Shown piece by piece: positions 1 to 11,127 of a DNA stretch of 32,000 bases (the first letter of the stretch is position 1; each line of letters starts with the position of its first letter). Position numbers and translations under genes: made by a program. Below the pieces are notes generated by a model. It was not told the DNA's origin. It did not search any database and saw only the letters and a list, made by a program, of their open reading frames with translations. The stretch comes from Candidatus Kuenenia stuttgartensis (GTDB taxonomy: Bacteria > Planctomycetota > Brocadiia > Brocadiales > Brocadiaceae), in assembly GCF_900232105.1 (NCBI RefSeq), contig NZ_LT934425.1, forward strand, positions 3,060,001 through 3,092,000. Direction: 5' to 3'.

Positions 1-245
1 ACACTACGCTTAACACTTATTGCCGAAACACCGAAGGCCTTCACTATTTGTTGTTGCTTGACATTACCGCCGACTACTAATTGACTGGTGATGAACCGAA
101 ATGATTCCAGGTCGTCTTCCTCATGACTAAACACAGGAAGTCTTCCGTGAAAATAATATATCTTGCTACCTATTTTCTCAAAACCTACCTGATTATTTAT
201 CAGTTTGCAGTCAGGGGAAAATAGGGGTAATACTAACTGTGGCAT
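1..245 (-). CDS. N-terminal part of a protein running off the window edge, possibly an HTH-containing transposase-like protein
   Basis: Hand translation of the minus strand from ATG at 245: MPQLVLPLFSPDCKLINNQVGFEKIGSKIYYFHGRLPVFSHEEDDLESFRFITSQLVVGGNVKQQQIVKAFGVSAISVKRSV..., open to the window edge, with a GGGAGG Shine-Dalgarno-like sequence upstream. The NVKQQQIVKAFGVSAISVKRSV segment looks like an HTH. Confidence 0.6.
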   Translation of the reverse strand, partial: MPQLVLPLFSPDCKLINNQVGFEKIGSKIYYFHGRLPVFSHEEDDLESFRFITSQLVVGGNVKQQQIVKAFGVSAISVKRS

Positions 246-544
246 GAGTACCCTCCCTTTCTCCGAAAAAAAGGGATCATATCATTTTCCACCCACGTAT
301 GGCAATGCCTTCTCTCTATATACACCTATCTCTACACAATTCAATAGCTTACATACTTTTTGACTAAAAAGGCACTTCCTGGGTTCTGAATCTGAAGAAT
401 CAATTCAATAAACTTGACTATAGAACTACAGTTGCAAAACATACCAACAAACCGCCCACATCACCTTAGATTAGGCTGGGGTTTTAAAAGGCAAAAATCC
501 CACGGCATTCATTTTTATCCACATTTATTTTCACACTTTTGACA

Positions 545-706
545 TATAGTCAAACAAATAAGGTTTTCGAAAAATTTACACCTCCCGTCCCTTCTATAAA
601 GAGGGAATTAAGGGGCGTGCTTGTATAGTATGCTTAGTCAAATAAATCTGTTTTTTAGAAAGCCATTTTATTGCCAAATTCCTAAAATCATATTTGTTTG
701 GCTATA
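545..706. mobile_element. MITE-like element with about 23-bp terminal inverted repeats related to the neighbouring IS630 end
   Basis: Left end TATAGTCAAACAAATAAGGTTTT; reverse complement of right end TATAGCCAAACAAATATGATTTT; the same motif TATAGTCAAACAAATCAGGTTTTCGAAA starts at 727 next to the IS630 ORFs. No ORF inside. Confidence 0.6.
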
Positions 707-740
707 TTCCATTTTTTCCCTTAGAATATAGTCAAACAAA

Positions 741-1268
741 TCAGGTTTTCGAAATTTGCTCGCCAATAATTTGAAAATTTTCAGTTAAAAGAGTAGACAA
801 TTCATCTGTATACTCGTTAATATTTTTGAAAAAACTTAAACATTTGTTTTTAAACTTCTCATAAGTATCATAATACTTGTTATACAATATTTTTTTGCGA
901 AAGAATTTCCATAATCTTTCAATGAGATTTAAATTGGGCGAATAGGAAGGGAGAAATTTGATCTTTATTCTCGAATTTGCAAGGTATTCTTTGACCAACT
1001 TAGACCTGTAATATTTAGCATTATCAGAGATTATGTAAATAGTACCGGCTTGAGCATACCTTGACTCTATTTCATGGAAAAGCTTTATTGTTGATTGAGC
1101 ATTGATGCTTTCATCTTCCCGGATTGTTACTTCAAAGGTTTCTATGTCAATAGCACCGTTTAAATTTATTCTTTTCCTGCCGGTATTAGAGGGTATTTCC
1201 TTCTTTTTGCCTTTCTCTATCCAGCAATATGCAGACGTAGAATTATGCTGTGGATGAACTCCATCCAT
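741..1268 (-). CDS. IS630-family transposase, C-terminal DDE part (other reading frame)
   Basis: MDGVHPQHN..., IYIISDNAKYYRS, IKIKFLPSYSPNLNLIERLWKFFRKKILYNKYY are typical IS630 DDE motifs. Confidence 0.88.
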   Translation of the reverse strand: MDGVHPQHNSTSAYCWIEKGKKKEIPSNTGRKRINLNGAIDIETFEVTIREDESINAQSTIKLFHEIESRYAQAGTIYIISDNAKYYRSKLVKEYLANSRIKIKFLPSYSPNLNLIERLWKFFRKKILYNKYYDTYEKFKNKCLSFFKNINEYTDELSTLLTENFQIIGEQISKT

Positions 1269-1341
1269 AAAAAGTATCTTATCTCCAGGGGCTTTCTCTT
1301 CTTTGAGTTGTTTGTAGTTTTCGATAAATTCTTTTTGTTTT

Positions 1342-1779
1342 TCAGGGTTTTGCTTTGCCTGGAACTATTGTAGTTTTCTTGTAAGTAAAGCCTAATCTAT
1401 CGAGGGTATGTACCATTCCTTCGGGTGTATAGATTTTATTGAATGTCTGTTTTACATATTCAACAATTTCTTTTGCCGCACTATAGTTGTTTTTCCTGAT
1501 ATGATCTTTTAATTGTTCTTCTTGTTCGCAGGTGAGTTTTGGCACACAGCCAATATAATTGTCAGATAAAAGCCCGTCAAAACCTTTATCTTTGTATAGT
1601 TTTTCGTAATTCCTGATTGTTTGATCGTCTAACAAGAGCGCCTCTGCTACTTTTTCATAACTCCATCCTGAATCAAGAAGAAGTATAGCTTTGATTCGGT
1701 CGGCATGACGTCTATGAGGCTCTTTCTTATGTGCTTTTTTAAATTCTATTCGGGTTTTTTCACTGAGAAATGGATTCAT
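1342..1779 (-). CDS. IS630-family transposase, N-terminal HTH part
   Basis: RRHADRIKAILLLDSGWSYEKVAEALLLDDQTIRNYEKLYKDKGFDGL... YVKQTFNKIYTPEGMVHTLDRLGFTYKKTTIVPGKAKP. Confidence 0.85.
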   Translation of the reverse strand: MNPFLSEKTRIEFKKAHKKEPHRRHADRIKAILLLDSGWSYEKVAEALLLDDQTIRNYEKLYKDKGFDGLLSDNYIGCVPKLTCEQEEQLKDHIRKNNYSAAKEIVEYVKQTFNKIYTPEGMVHTLDRLGFTYKKTTIVPGKAKP

Positions 1780-1917
1780 GCAGAATTTAATACTCTAGAA
1801 ACAATTCAAATGCAAGAAAAAAACAGATTTTTATAAAAATAAATGCTTTTTACTATACCACCTGACAATTGTCCTGTTTTTTTCATCAGATTAAAAAAAG
1901 TGTAAAAGAATGTCATC

Positions 1918-2265
1918 GTGCTAAAAAAGCTGCTCACCACCACTATACTACTATTTATTATCGCAGCCTTCGTGTTATTTGTAGCGAAATCACTTCAAAA
2001 AACGAGCGGATTCAGACTTATGGGAGGTAGGAGCAAAAGTAGTATAACGATAACAAAGGAAGAAATATATTTATGGGAAAATTATAAAAATGGCAAACTC
2101 TCCGGTGTAATTGGGAAAGCGCATCACGGGGAAAAAATTGTGTTTATCAATAGAATGGAAAAGGCGGCTTTTGTAAAAACCGCAAAAGGGCAGGTAGGCT
2201 GGGTGTATACACGCAATATTAAAGAGTCCCCTAATAGCGGTATCTTTACAATCTCCACAAAATAA
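1918..2265 (+). CDS. Small signal-anchored protein with an SH3-like domain
   Basis: N-terminal hydrophobic helix followed by GEKIVFINRMEKAAFVKTAKGQVGWVYTRNI, an SH3b-type pattern. Confidence 0.55.
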   Translation: MLKKLLTTTILLFIIAAFVLFVAKSLQKTSGFRLMGGRSKSSITITKEEIYLWENYKNGKLSGVIGKAHHGEKIVFINRMEKAAFVKTAKGQVGWVYTRNIKESPNSGIFTISTK

Positions 2266-2436
2266 TCCAACCAGCATAAAAACATCTTTCCGGTCTATCA
2301 TTGTGGTGGACATTCTCCCATAAGTGCAAGATAATAAATACACCTTTATTAATAGGAATTTTAAAAATTACTCGTTAGGAAGAGGGACAAGGGGAATGAT
2401 TCGTTGATTCATTTTTACATACTCCTTAACCATTTA

Positions 2437-4290
2437 GCGGATGTTCACCCCTGCCAAAACGCATAAGTGCTTAATAAATAGTTTGTTAAGGCTGTATTTT
2501 TAATAAATATGTAGTCACTAATATATTGTTATTATACGACAATATACTTGACGGATAATGGTTGTTATCTGTACAATGGTGGACATGCATATTGTAGAGA
2601 ACAAGTCAAAATCCGGTAAAAAAATCTATCGATCTACCCTTCTGCGGGAATCGTACCGTGAGGATGGGAAGGTCAAGAAACGCACCATTGCGAATCTGTC
2701 GAATTGCACTCCCCTGGAGATTGAAGCGATAAGACTTGCACTCGCACATAAAGACGATCTCTGTGCATTGGGCGCATTGTCAGAATCGGTGAAACTCCAT
2801 GAGGGTTTGTCTGTGGGAGCAGCGTGGAGCGTGTACCAAGTGGCAAAGGAATTAGGGATAGAAGAGGCATTGGGAAAGGACTTTGAAGGAAAGCTGGCGC
2901 TTTGGCAAGTAATGGCAAGGGTAATAGGCCAGGGGTCAAGACTGTCTGCAGTAAGGTTGGCGCAGATACATGCTGCGGGTGACGTCCTGGATATGAAGCG
3001 TGGGTTTGACGAGAACAATCTGTACGATAATTTGTCATGGTTGTCAGAGAATCAGGCAAAGATAGAGCGAAAGCTGTTTGAGTTAAGACGAGGAGGCAAT
3101 AAGCCGAAGTTGTTTTTGTATGACGTGACGAGCAGTTATTTAGAGGGGAAGTCGAATCATTTTGGTGAGTACGGGTATAATCGTGACGGCAAAAAGAGGA
3201 AAAAACAGATAGTGATCGGTATGCTTTGTGATGAATCCGGGGAGCCGGTATCAACAGAAGTATTTAGGGGCAACACCCAGGATCCGAAGACCTTTGAATC
3301 TCAGGTAAAGAAGGTATTAGAGCGGTTTGGATGCAAAGATGTAACGATTGTAGGAGATCGTGGGATGATCAAGACGGTGCAAATCGAAAGTTTACCGGAA
3401 GGGTTTCATTACATAACGGCGATAACTAAGCCGCAGATAGAGTCGTTGATAAATAAAGGGATACTGCAATTAGGATTGTTCGAAGAAAAGCTCTGCGAGA
3501 TAAAGGATGATGAGGTTCGATATATTCTGAGGCGCAATCCGGTAAGGGCGGAAGAGATGTCAAAGACCCGTGTATCAAAATTACAGAGTATAGAGAAATA
3601 CATCGTGAAGAAGAACAGTTATCTGAAGGAACATCCTAAGTCGTCAGTATCGAAGGCCCTGGAAACAACAAGGGAAAGGCTAACGAGATTGAAACTTGAT
3701 GGGTGGTTGCAGATAAAAGAAGAGGATAGGACGCTAAAGATAGAGAGAGCTGAGGAAGCATTAAAGGAGGCATCATACCTTGATGGTTGTTACGCAATCA
3801 AGACTGATCTTGAGGAGAACGAGGCGGATACCAATCTGGTACATGAACGATACAAGGATTTAACGGAAGTGGAGAAGGCGTTTCGGGACTGTAAGACGGT
3901 GAATTTGGAGGTTCGTCCGGTGTATGTAAGAAAGGAGGATAGTACACGGGGACATGTGTTTGTGGTAATGCTTGCGTACATGATAATTCGAAGGCTGCGC
4001 AGAGCGTGGAAGAATTTTGACTTGACGGTAGAGGAAGGTCTCGCACAATTGACGACCATTTGTTCGATGGAAGTAACAATCAAAGGCCAAAAAGCTAGTT
4101 GCCAGAAGATCCCGCGTCCGCGGCAACAATCACATGAATTATTAGAGGCATTACAGATAAAGTTGCCAGAAGTATTGCCAAGCCGGAACATACGGGTAGT
4201 CACTAGAAAAAAGCTTGCTGTTCGGCGTAAAAGTCAATAAATATAAGGCTTTTACGGCACTTTTGTTTTTTGACTTGGGGTGAACATCCG
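2437..4290 (+). mobile_element. Complete IS1634-family insertion sequence with TIRs and a 5-bp target duplication
   Basis: Inverted repeat CGGATGTTCACCCC (2438-2451) and GGGGTGAACATCCG (4277-4290); flanking direct repeat ATTTA at 2432-2436 and 4291-4295; encloses one transposase ORF. Confidence 0.8.
2558..4240 (+). CDS. IS1634-family transposase
   Basis: 560-aa ORF with KLFLYDVTSSYLEG, GYNRDGKKRKKQIVIGMLCDESGEPVSTEVFRGNTQDPKTF, VTIVGDRGMI, VHERYKDLTEVEKAFRDCKT and VRPVYVRKEDSTRGHVFVVMLAYMIIRRL. Confidence 0.92.
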   Translation: MVVICTMVDMHIVENKSKSGKKIYRSTLLRESYREDGKVKKRTIANLSNCTPLEIEAIRLALAHKDDLCALGALSESVKLHEGLSVGAAWSVYQVAKELGIEEALGKDFEGKLALWQVMARVIGQGSRLSAVRLAQIHAAGDVLDMKRGFDENNLYDNLSWLSENQAKIERKLFELRRGGNKPKLFLYDVTSSYLEGKSNHFGEYGYNRDGKKRKKQIVIGMLCDESGEPVSTEVFRGNTQDPKTFESQVKKVLERFGCKDVTIVGDRGMIKTVQIESLPEGFHYITAITKPQIESLINKGILQLGLFEEKLCEIKDDEVRYILRRNPVRAEEMSKTRVSKLQSIEKYIVKKNSYLKEHPKSSVSKALETTRERLTRLKLDGWLQIKEEDRTLKIERAEEALKEASYLDGCYAIKTDLEENEADTNLVHERYKDLTEVEKAFRDCKTVNLEVRPVYVRKEDSTRGHVFVVMLAYMIIRRLRRAWKNFDLTVEEGLAQLTTICSMEVTIKGQKASCQKIPRPRQQSHELLEALQIKLPEVLPSRNIRVVTRKKLAVRRKSQ

Positions 4291-4320
4291 ATTTAACCAC
4301 GTAACAAATATGTTGCAATA

Positions 4321-5856
4321 TTATTTTAAACGGTAAATAAGAAATCCTCCTGGAACGGCAATGTCCTTTACCTGAGCCGTCATGTTGTAAAACGGTTGCT
4401 GTATAAAATGTGCCAGATAATCTTTGTCTGTGTTATAAAAAACAAAAAGGGCGGTTTTGGGCATTTGCCCTTTGTAGGTTATCTGCCCGTATAGCTTTTC
4501 TTTCTCCGGGGTATTTCCTCCGCCTCCCAATATGACGGGCCAAAGCAGTTTTATCCTGTGTCTTTGATCTTCCGGAGTTAAATAGTAGAAGGTAAATACG
4601 TTAATATTGGAAATAAAAATGTATTCTGCATCTGACTGAAGCAGTGCTTCTGTGATCTGGCGGTGATCGTAATAATCCCATGTATTGTCGGTTTTACCGC
4701 CCACATAAATAGAAGGTTCTATTACGCCGTTTGAACGGCTGTTTGGAATATAATAATTTGTAGCCAACAATATCAAATTTATTAAAATCACAATACCTCC
4801 CAAAACACGCCACATCCCTCTATTAGCGTTTGTCTTGCAAAACCCTAAGAAAACAGGTAATACCCATGCGATAATCAGCCATATGCGCGAACCGACAGAA
4901 CCGAATGGCGTAATTTGCCATATACCGGCAAAGTTAATGGCAATAAAGGTAATGATACCCCAAAACATCTTCTTTTCTGTTTTATCATGTTTTGAAATAA
5001 GGAATATTGTTGCGAAGATCGCTAATATTGCCGGGATTCCCCATACGAAGGGAAGGATGCTCCCCCCTGAAAACCGCGCGTAAAGTCCGTCTCCCGATAG
5101 GGTATAGAGAAGATTTAAGAGAGCGGTTTTCAATGAAGCCGGCGGAATGGAAGGTTTTTGGGGAAATAAGTCCATTCCCAGCGCAAGCATTGAAACAAAC
5201 CGTGGTATCAGCCCAATTGAAAACCCGATAAGGCAAAACATACCATGGATTAAAAAACACCGCAGTCCGGGCCACATGAATAGTGCATAGCAAATGACGA
5301 GAGAAACTGCGCTTGGGAGAAAAATTACGTGATTCCAGATTCCAAACGACAGAACAAAACCGGCGAGTATCCATCCTGTTATCCGGACGTATTTTTTTGC
5401 GTTATTACAGAGTTTTACGTATATCCAAATTGTTCCGAAAAAGAAAAAGGGATTAAGCACAAAGACTTCTCCGCAAAGCCGTGAAAGCATGACAACGGGC
5501 GGGAAGGTGAGAAGAAGTCCGGCTGTCCATCGCGCCCGGTTAATGCAATGTTGCCGTGTAATATCAAAAATTGCAATAATGGTTATGAGGGTAAAGACGG
5601 GACCCAGACACCGCAGACTCCATACAGAATTCCCAAAAAACCATACGCAAACAGCAAGCATGTATGAATGTACCGGAGATGTATAATTGTTGAAAATACC
5701 GGTGAGAGGCCGCACTCCTTCAAGAATCATTTCCGCTAAGAGGCCAAATATCGCTTCGTCTCTGTGGATACCGACAATGTCATCCAGTCCCCAGAACAGG
5801 ATGGCGATTCCTCCAAAAAAGCCAATAAAATACCAATATATTTTTTTAGCAATCAA
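4321..5856 (-). CDS. Polytopic membrane protein, glycosyltransferase 39/PMT-like
   Basis: Multiple transmembrane segments, N-terminal HRDEAIFG motif, and a C-terminal periplasmic-type domain. Confidence 0.65.
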   Translation of the reverse strand: MIAKKIYWYFIGFFGGIAILFWGLDDIVGIHRDEAIFGLLAEMILEGVRPLTGIFNNYTSPVHSYMLAVCVWFFGNSVWSLRCLGPVFTLITIIAIFDITRQHCINRARWTAGLLLTFPPVVMLSRLCGEVFVLNPFFFFGTIWIYVKLCNNAKKYVRITGWILAGFVLSFGIWNHVIFLPSAVSLVICYALFMWPGLRCFLIHGMFCLIGFSIGLIPRFVSMLALGMDLFPQKPSIPPASLKTALLNLLYTLSGDGLYARFSGGSILPFVWGIPAILAIFATIFLISKHDKTEKKMFWGIITFIAINFAGIWQITPFGSVGSRIWLIIAWVLPVFLGFCKTNANRGMWRVLGGIVILINLILLATNYYIPNSRSNGVIEPSIYVGGKTDNTWDYYDHRQITEALLQSDAEYIFISNINVFTFYYLTPEDQRHRIKLLWPVILGGGGNTPEKEKLYGQITYKGQMPKTALFVFYNTDKDYLAHFIQQPFYNMTAQVKDIAVPGGFLIYRLK

Positions 5857-6211
5857 GGCTATTTGTATGCAGGTGTAAAATAGTTAAACGGTTCAATTAT
5901 TGTAACTTCTCAACTTATTGATAGTACCTTATCTGTAATTTCTTTGCATTTTTTTGCAAAATATTTAATGGTGAAATCCGAAATGCTAAATACGAAACAA
6001 ACTCTAATGACAAAGCATAAAATTCAAAACAAATCCCAAAATACCCAACAATACGAAGCACGAAATACGAAAGATGCGCTTGTTTAGCATTTCAAATCAT
6101 TTTGTCATTAGAATTTGTTTCGGATTTCGTGCTTCGTACTTGTTTAGTTCTGGCTATGCCAGCTTAGGTGTGAACATGAGCATTCATCTGCTTATGTAAT
6201 GAATGTGGGGA

Positions 6212-7303
6212 TCACGCGAGGCCGTTAAGAATTTTTATGCCCTTTTCGATGGTTTCTTCTGTAGCGGCGTAAGAAATGCGGAAATGTGTGTGGCGTTCAG
6301 AAAATACGCTGCCCGGAATGATTAACAGATTGTTCTTGATGGCGGCCATAACAAATTCTTCATCGGTCCCCCAGGGAACCTGCGGGAAGAAGTAAAAAGC
6401 CCCTTCGGGTTTTATGATCCGGAACTTGTCTTTCAGCCCTTCGTACATCATGTCCCTTTTCTTCCTGTAATCCGCAATATATTTGCTCAGATCAAATCCC
6501 CATGACCGGAACACTGCGTATTGTGAAAAGGAAGGGGCGCATACAAAGGTGTATTGCTGAAGTTTTATCATTTCCTTTATGATCGTTTCCGGACCTGCTG
6601 CGTAACCCAAACGCCACCCGGTCATGGCAAAGGATTTGGAGAATCCGTCAAGTATAAGCGTTTTATTATAATACTTTCCTATACTCTCAAATTCGTTGTT
6701 ATAGTCGTAGTCATGATATATCTCGTCGGAAATTACCAGCAGGTCATGTTTTTTTGCCAGTTCTGCGATATCTTTTAACTCCTGCGGCGTATTCATCACC
6801 CCTGTGGGATTGGCAGGACTGTTTATGACGATTATTTTGGTTTTTTTTGTGATATGCGGCTCAATACGTTCCGCGGATAATTTGAAGTCGGGATATGTAT
6901 CAACAAACACTGATTTTCCGCTGCAAAAATTCACCATGTGTTTGTAAATAACAAAAGCGGGGTCAGGAATTATTACCTCGTCTTCATGATCTACCAGCGT
7001 CATAATCGCTAAGGTTAATGCGCCTGAAACTCCTGAAGTGACCATAATATCTTCCGCAGTCACCTCTCTATCTTTTTTAAGGCGGTCCATCAGCACATTG
7101 CGAAGTTCTGGTATACCTTGCGTCAATGTGTATTTGTTTGCGCCTTCATTTATGGACTTAATCGCTTCTTCTTTGATCTCTCCGGGAACATCAAAGTCCG
7201 GCTGGCCTATGCTGAGGTTTACCGGACTTTTCATTTTTTGTGCAAGGTCAAAGACCTTTCTGATGCCGGAGGAGTCTATATTAGACATCCTGCTGGCAAT
7301 CAT
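6212..7303 (-). CDS. Pyridoxal-phosphate aminotransferase, class I/II (aspartate aminotransferase family)
   Basis: SIGQPDFDVP, VINSPANPTG, LILDGFSKSFAMTGWRLGY (PLP lysine motif), YFFPQVPWG, HFRISYA. Confidence 0.92.
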   Translation of the reverse strand: MIASRMSNIDSSGIRKVFDLAQKMKSPVNLSIGQPDFDVPGEIKEEAIKSINEGANKYTLTQGIPELRNVLMDRLKKDREVTAEDIMVTSGVSGALTLAIMTLVDHEDEVIIPDPAFVIYKHMVNFCSGKSVFVDTYPDFKLSAERIEPHITKKTKIIVINSPANPTGVMNTPQELKDIAELAKKHDLLVISDEIYHDYDYNNEFESIGKYYNKTLILDGFSKSFAMTGWRLGYAAGPETIIKEMIKLQQYTFVCAPSFSQYAVFRSWGFDLSKYIADYRKKRDMMYEGLKDKFRIIKPEGAFYFFPQVPWGTDEEFVMAAIKNNLLIIPGSVFSERHTHFRISYAATEETIEKGIKILNGLA

Positions 7304-7545
7304 TTTTTCGCCTTTCCTGCCTTTTCTGCCTTTCCTGCTTTTCCTGCTTCTGCCGGTTCAACTTTCTTTGGGGCCTTGCCTTTTCGCTTTAGTTTTTCCA
7401 CTTTTACCTTGGGGAGACCAAAAACAGATGTATCCTGATCCCAGCGATTCTCTGCCTTAAGTATTGCGATACGTTCCACCTTTCTATACACATTTCTCGG
7501 CCTCGAAAGTTTCCCTTTTGGTTTTAAACTCTTATCAATGCTCAT
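7300..7545 (-). CDS. Planctomycetes/Chlamydiae/Verrucomicrobia-type small basic protein (TIGR04137-like) with a Lys/Ala/Gly-rich tail
   Basis: MSIDKSLKPKGKLSRPRNVYRKVERIAILKAENRWDQDTSVFGLPKVKVEK matches the remembered family pattern RNVLTRAERIEKLKEEGRW..GDSVFGLPK; tail AEAGKAGKAEKAGKAKK. Confidence 0.7.
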   Translation of the reverse strand: MSIDKSLKPKGKLSRPRNVYRKVERIAILKAENRWDQDTSVFGLPKVKVEKLKRKGKAPKKVEPAEAGKAGKAEKAGKAKK

Positions 7546-7561
7546 ACTTCTCCTCCTTATT

Positions 7562-8518
7562 TTATCTCATACGTACGGGATAGCATCCCGAAAACTGTTT
7601 TTTATTTTGATATTCGAAATTGGCAACGTCCCTTTGGGTTTTCGTTAAGTCGGCGCTATTCAAATCGTCAAATTCTCCCACACAAACAAAAAGCTCTTTT
7701 CCCGTGTTGACAACAAAAGAGCTATAACCTAATGATTCCTGCAACATACCTGCTATTTCTTTGGCGCGTTGCACATTTGCCTTTGAATTTTTATAGGAAA
7801 TCACGCGTATCGTCCACCGGTCCTTTATTATTGCATTATCCTGGATAACGAGTTTCGCATCGCTGCCTGATTTCTTTTCAACTTTCGAAGCAGTATCCTT
7901 TGCCGTCTTCTCTTTCGGTGCGTCAATGTGTTTTAACTGACCAATACCGCCAGGTTGAGTTTTCTTCGGCTCTATTGTTTCCAGCCACTCTTCCGCCTGG
8001 TTGGTTATTCCCTTATTGTACCCCGCCTTGTGTCCCACAAAGAAACAGGCAACGGAGAGAAAAGTAGCCGCAATGGCGCCAATGATGAGCGTTTCCTGCC
8101 GCAATACCACCTCGTCTTTACGTAGCACCACTTCATCTCTCAAAGGAGCAGGCGGCGTAGCAATTGTTTGCTTTGAAGGAATGGGTTCTGGCGTAATAGG
8201 GCCATGCGTTGCATGCCTTTTCTCCGTCTTTTTTTCAATCGAAAGTGCTTCCGTACTTGTATTTTTAATCCATTGTAAAGGGTCAGATGTTCCTGATTTT
8301 CCCCTCATTTCTGAAGAAGCGGATGCAGGTGGTGGATTCGTGGTTAAGCCTTTAGATTCCGGCTTTTCATTCTGCGTAACCGGAGTTCCAACTTCTTGCG
8401 GCGGTGTTGTTTCTGCAGCCTCTGCATTTGGTTGCAATTCTTCTTTTTGAACACCGTCTTTTTCCTGAGGTTTTTTAAACAACTCAAAGAAAACTTTAGA
8501 ATCACTTCCTTTAACCAT
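7562..8518 (-). CDS. Single-pass membrane protein with a C-terminal SPOR-like domain
   Basis: TM segment TLIIGAIAATFLSVACFFVGHKAG; C-terminus WTIRVISYKNSKANVQRAKEIAGMLQESLGYSSFVVNTGKELFVCVGEF. Confidence 0.5.
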   Translation of the reverse strand: MVKGSDSKVFFELFKKPQEKDGVQKEELQPNAEAAETTPPQEVGTPVTQNEKPESKGLTTNPPPASASSEMRGKSGTSDPLQWIKNTSTEALSIEKKTEKRHATHGPITPEPIPSKQTIATPPAPLRDEVVLRKDEVVLRQETLIIGAIAATFLSVACFFVGHKAGYNKGITNQAEEWLETIEPKKTQPGGIGQLKHIDAPKEKTAKDTASKVEKKSGSDAKLVIQDNAIIKDRWTIRVISYKNSKANVQRAKEIAGMLQESLGYSSFVVNTGKELFVCVGEFDDLNSADLTKTQRDVANFEYQNKKQFSGCYPVRMR

Positions 8519-8965
8519 AATTCATCACCCCTTTATGCGGGATCTCTAAGAAAATATGTGGTTAATTACCACATCATTAAAATGAAAAAGTGATTCAATT
8601 ACGCAGGTTTTTCCCCGAACGACCATCAACACAGTAAATAATTAAACGCCGCAAACCCTGACTTCCTTTATGAAAAACAGCATACATTTTTCAACGTTAT
8701 TGTTTTGTTGTCTGAAAGGAGGCGGTTTTTACCGTAAAATTATTATCGGATTAAGTTTAACGATAATACATAACGTTAGCGTTAAAAAACACGTTTTAGC
8801 GAGTTTATAAAAAATGCAGAATAAAGTCAAGTGATTCCATCATTATAACAGAATACGTTGACTCTTATATAAAGTTTGTTATACTGGCAGCTTAAAATTC
8901 CTTTCATCCGGAAAATTACATCAGGGAGAACCTGGTTTTCCATAAATTTTTCTCTAAATGGTTAA

Positions 8966-10999
<2,034 letters not shown>

Positions 11000-11127
11000 T
11001 TCAGCAGCCGGCAAATTGCAGATTGAGGACTGCCGACTGAGGATTGAAGATTGAGGACTGCGGATTGTATAAATTGTTCAATGGTAATAAGGATTTGATA
11101 ATCTTAATTTCAAAAGGGATAACCTAA

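Larger units (their letters stand above)
727..1860 (-). mobile_element. IS630-family insertion sequence (right boundary approximate)
   Basis: Two minus-strand ORFs (HTH N-terminal part and DDE C-terminal part) next to a TATAGTCAAACAAAT end. Confidence 0.65.

Noticed and set aside
2626-4203. Many antisense ORFs over the IS1634 transposase
   Set aside because: They overlap a well-supported transposase and have no recognisable domains.
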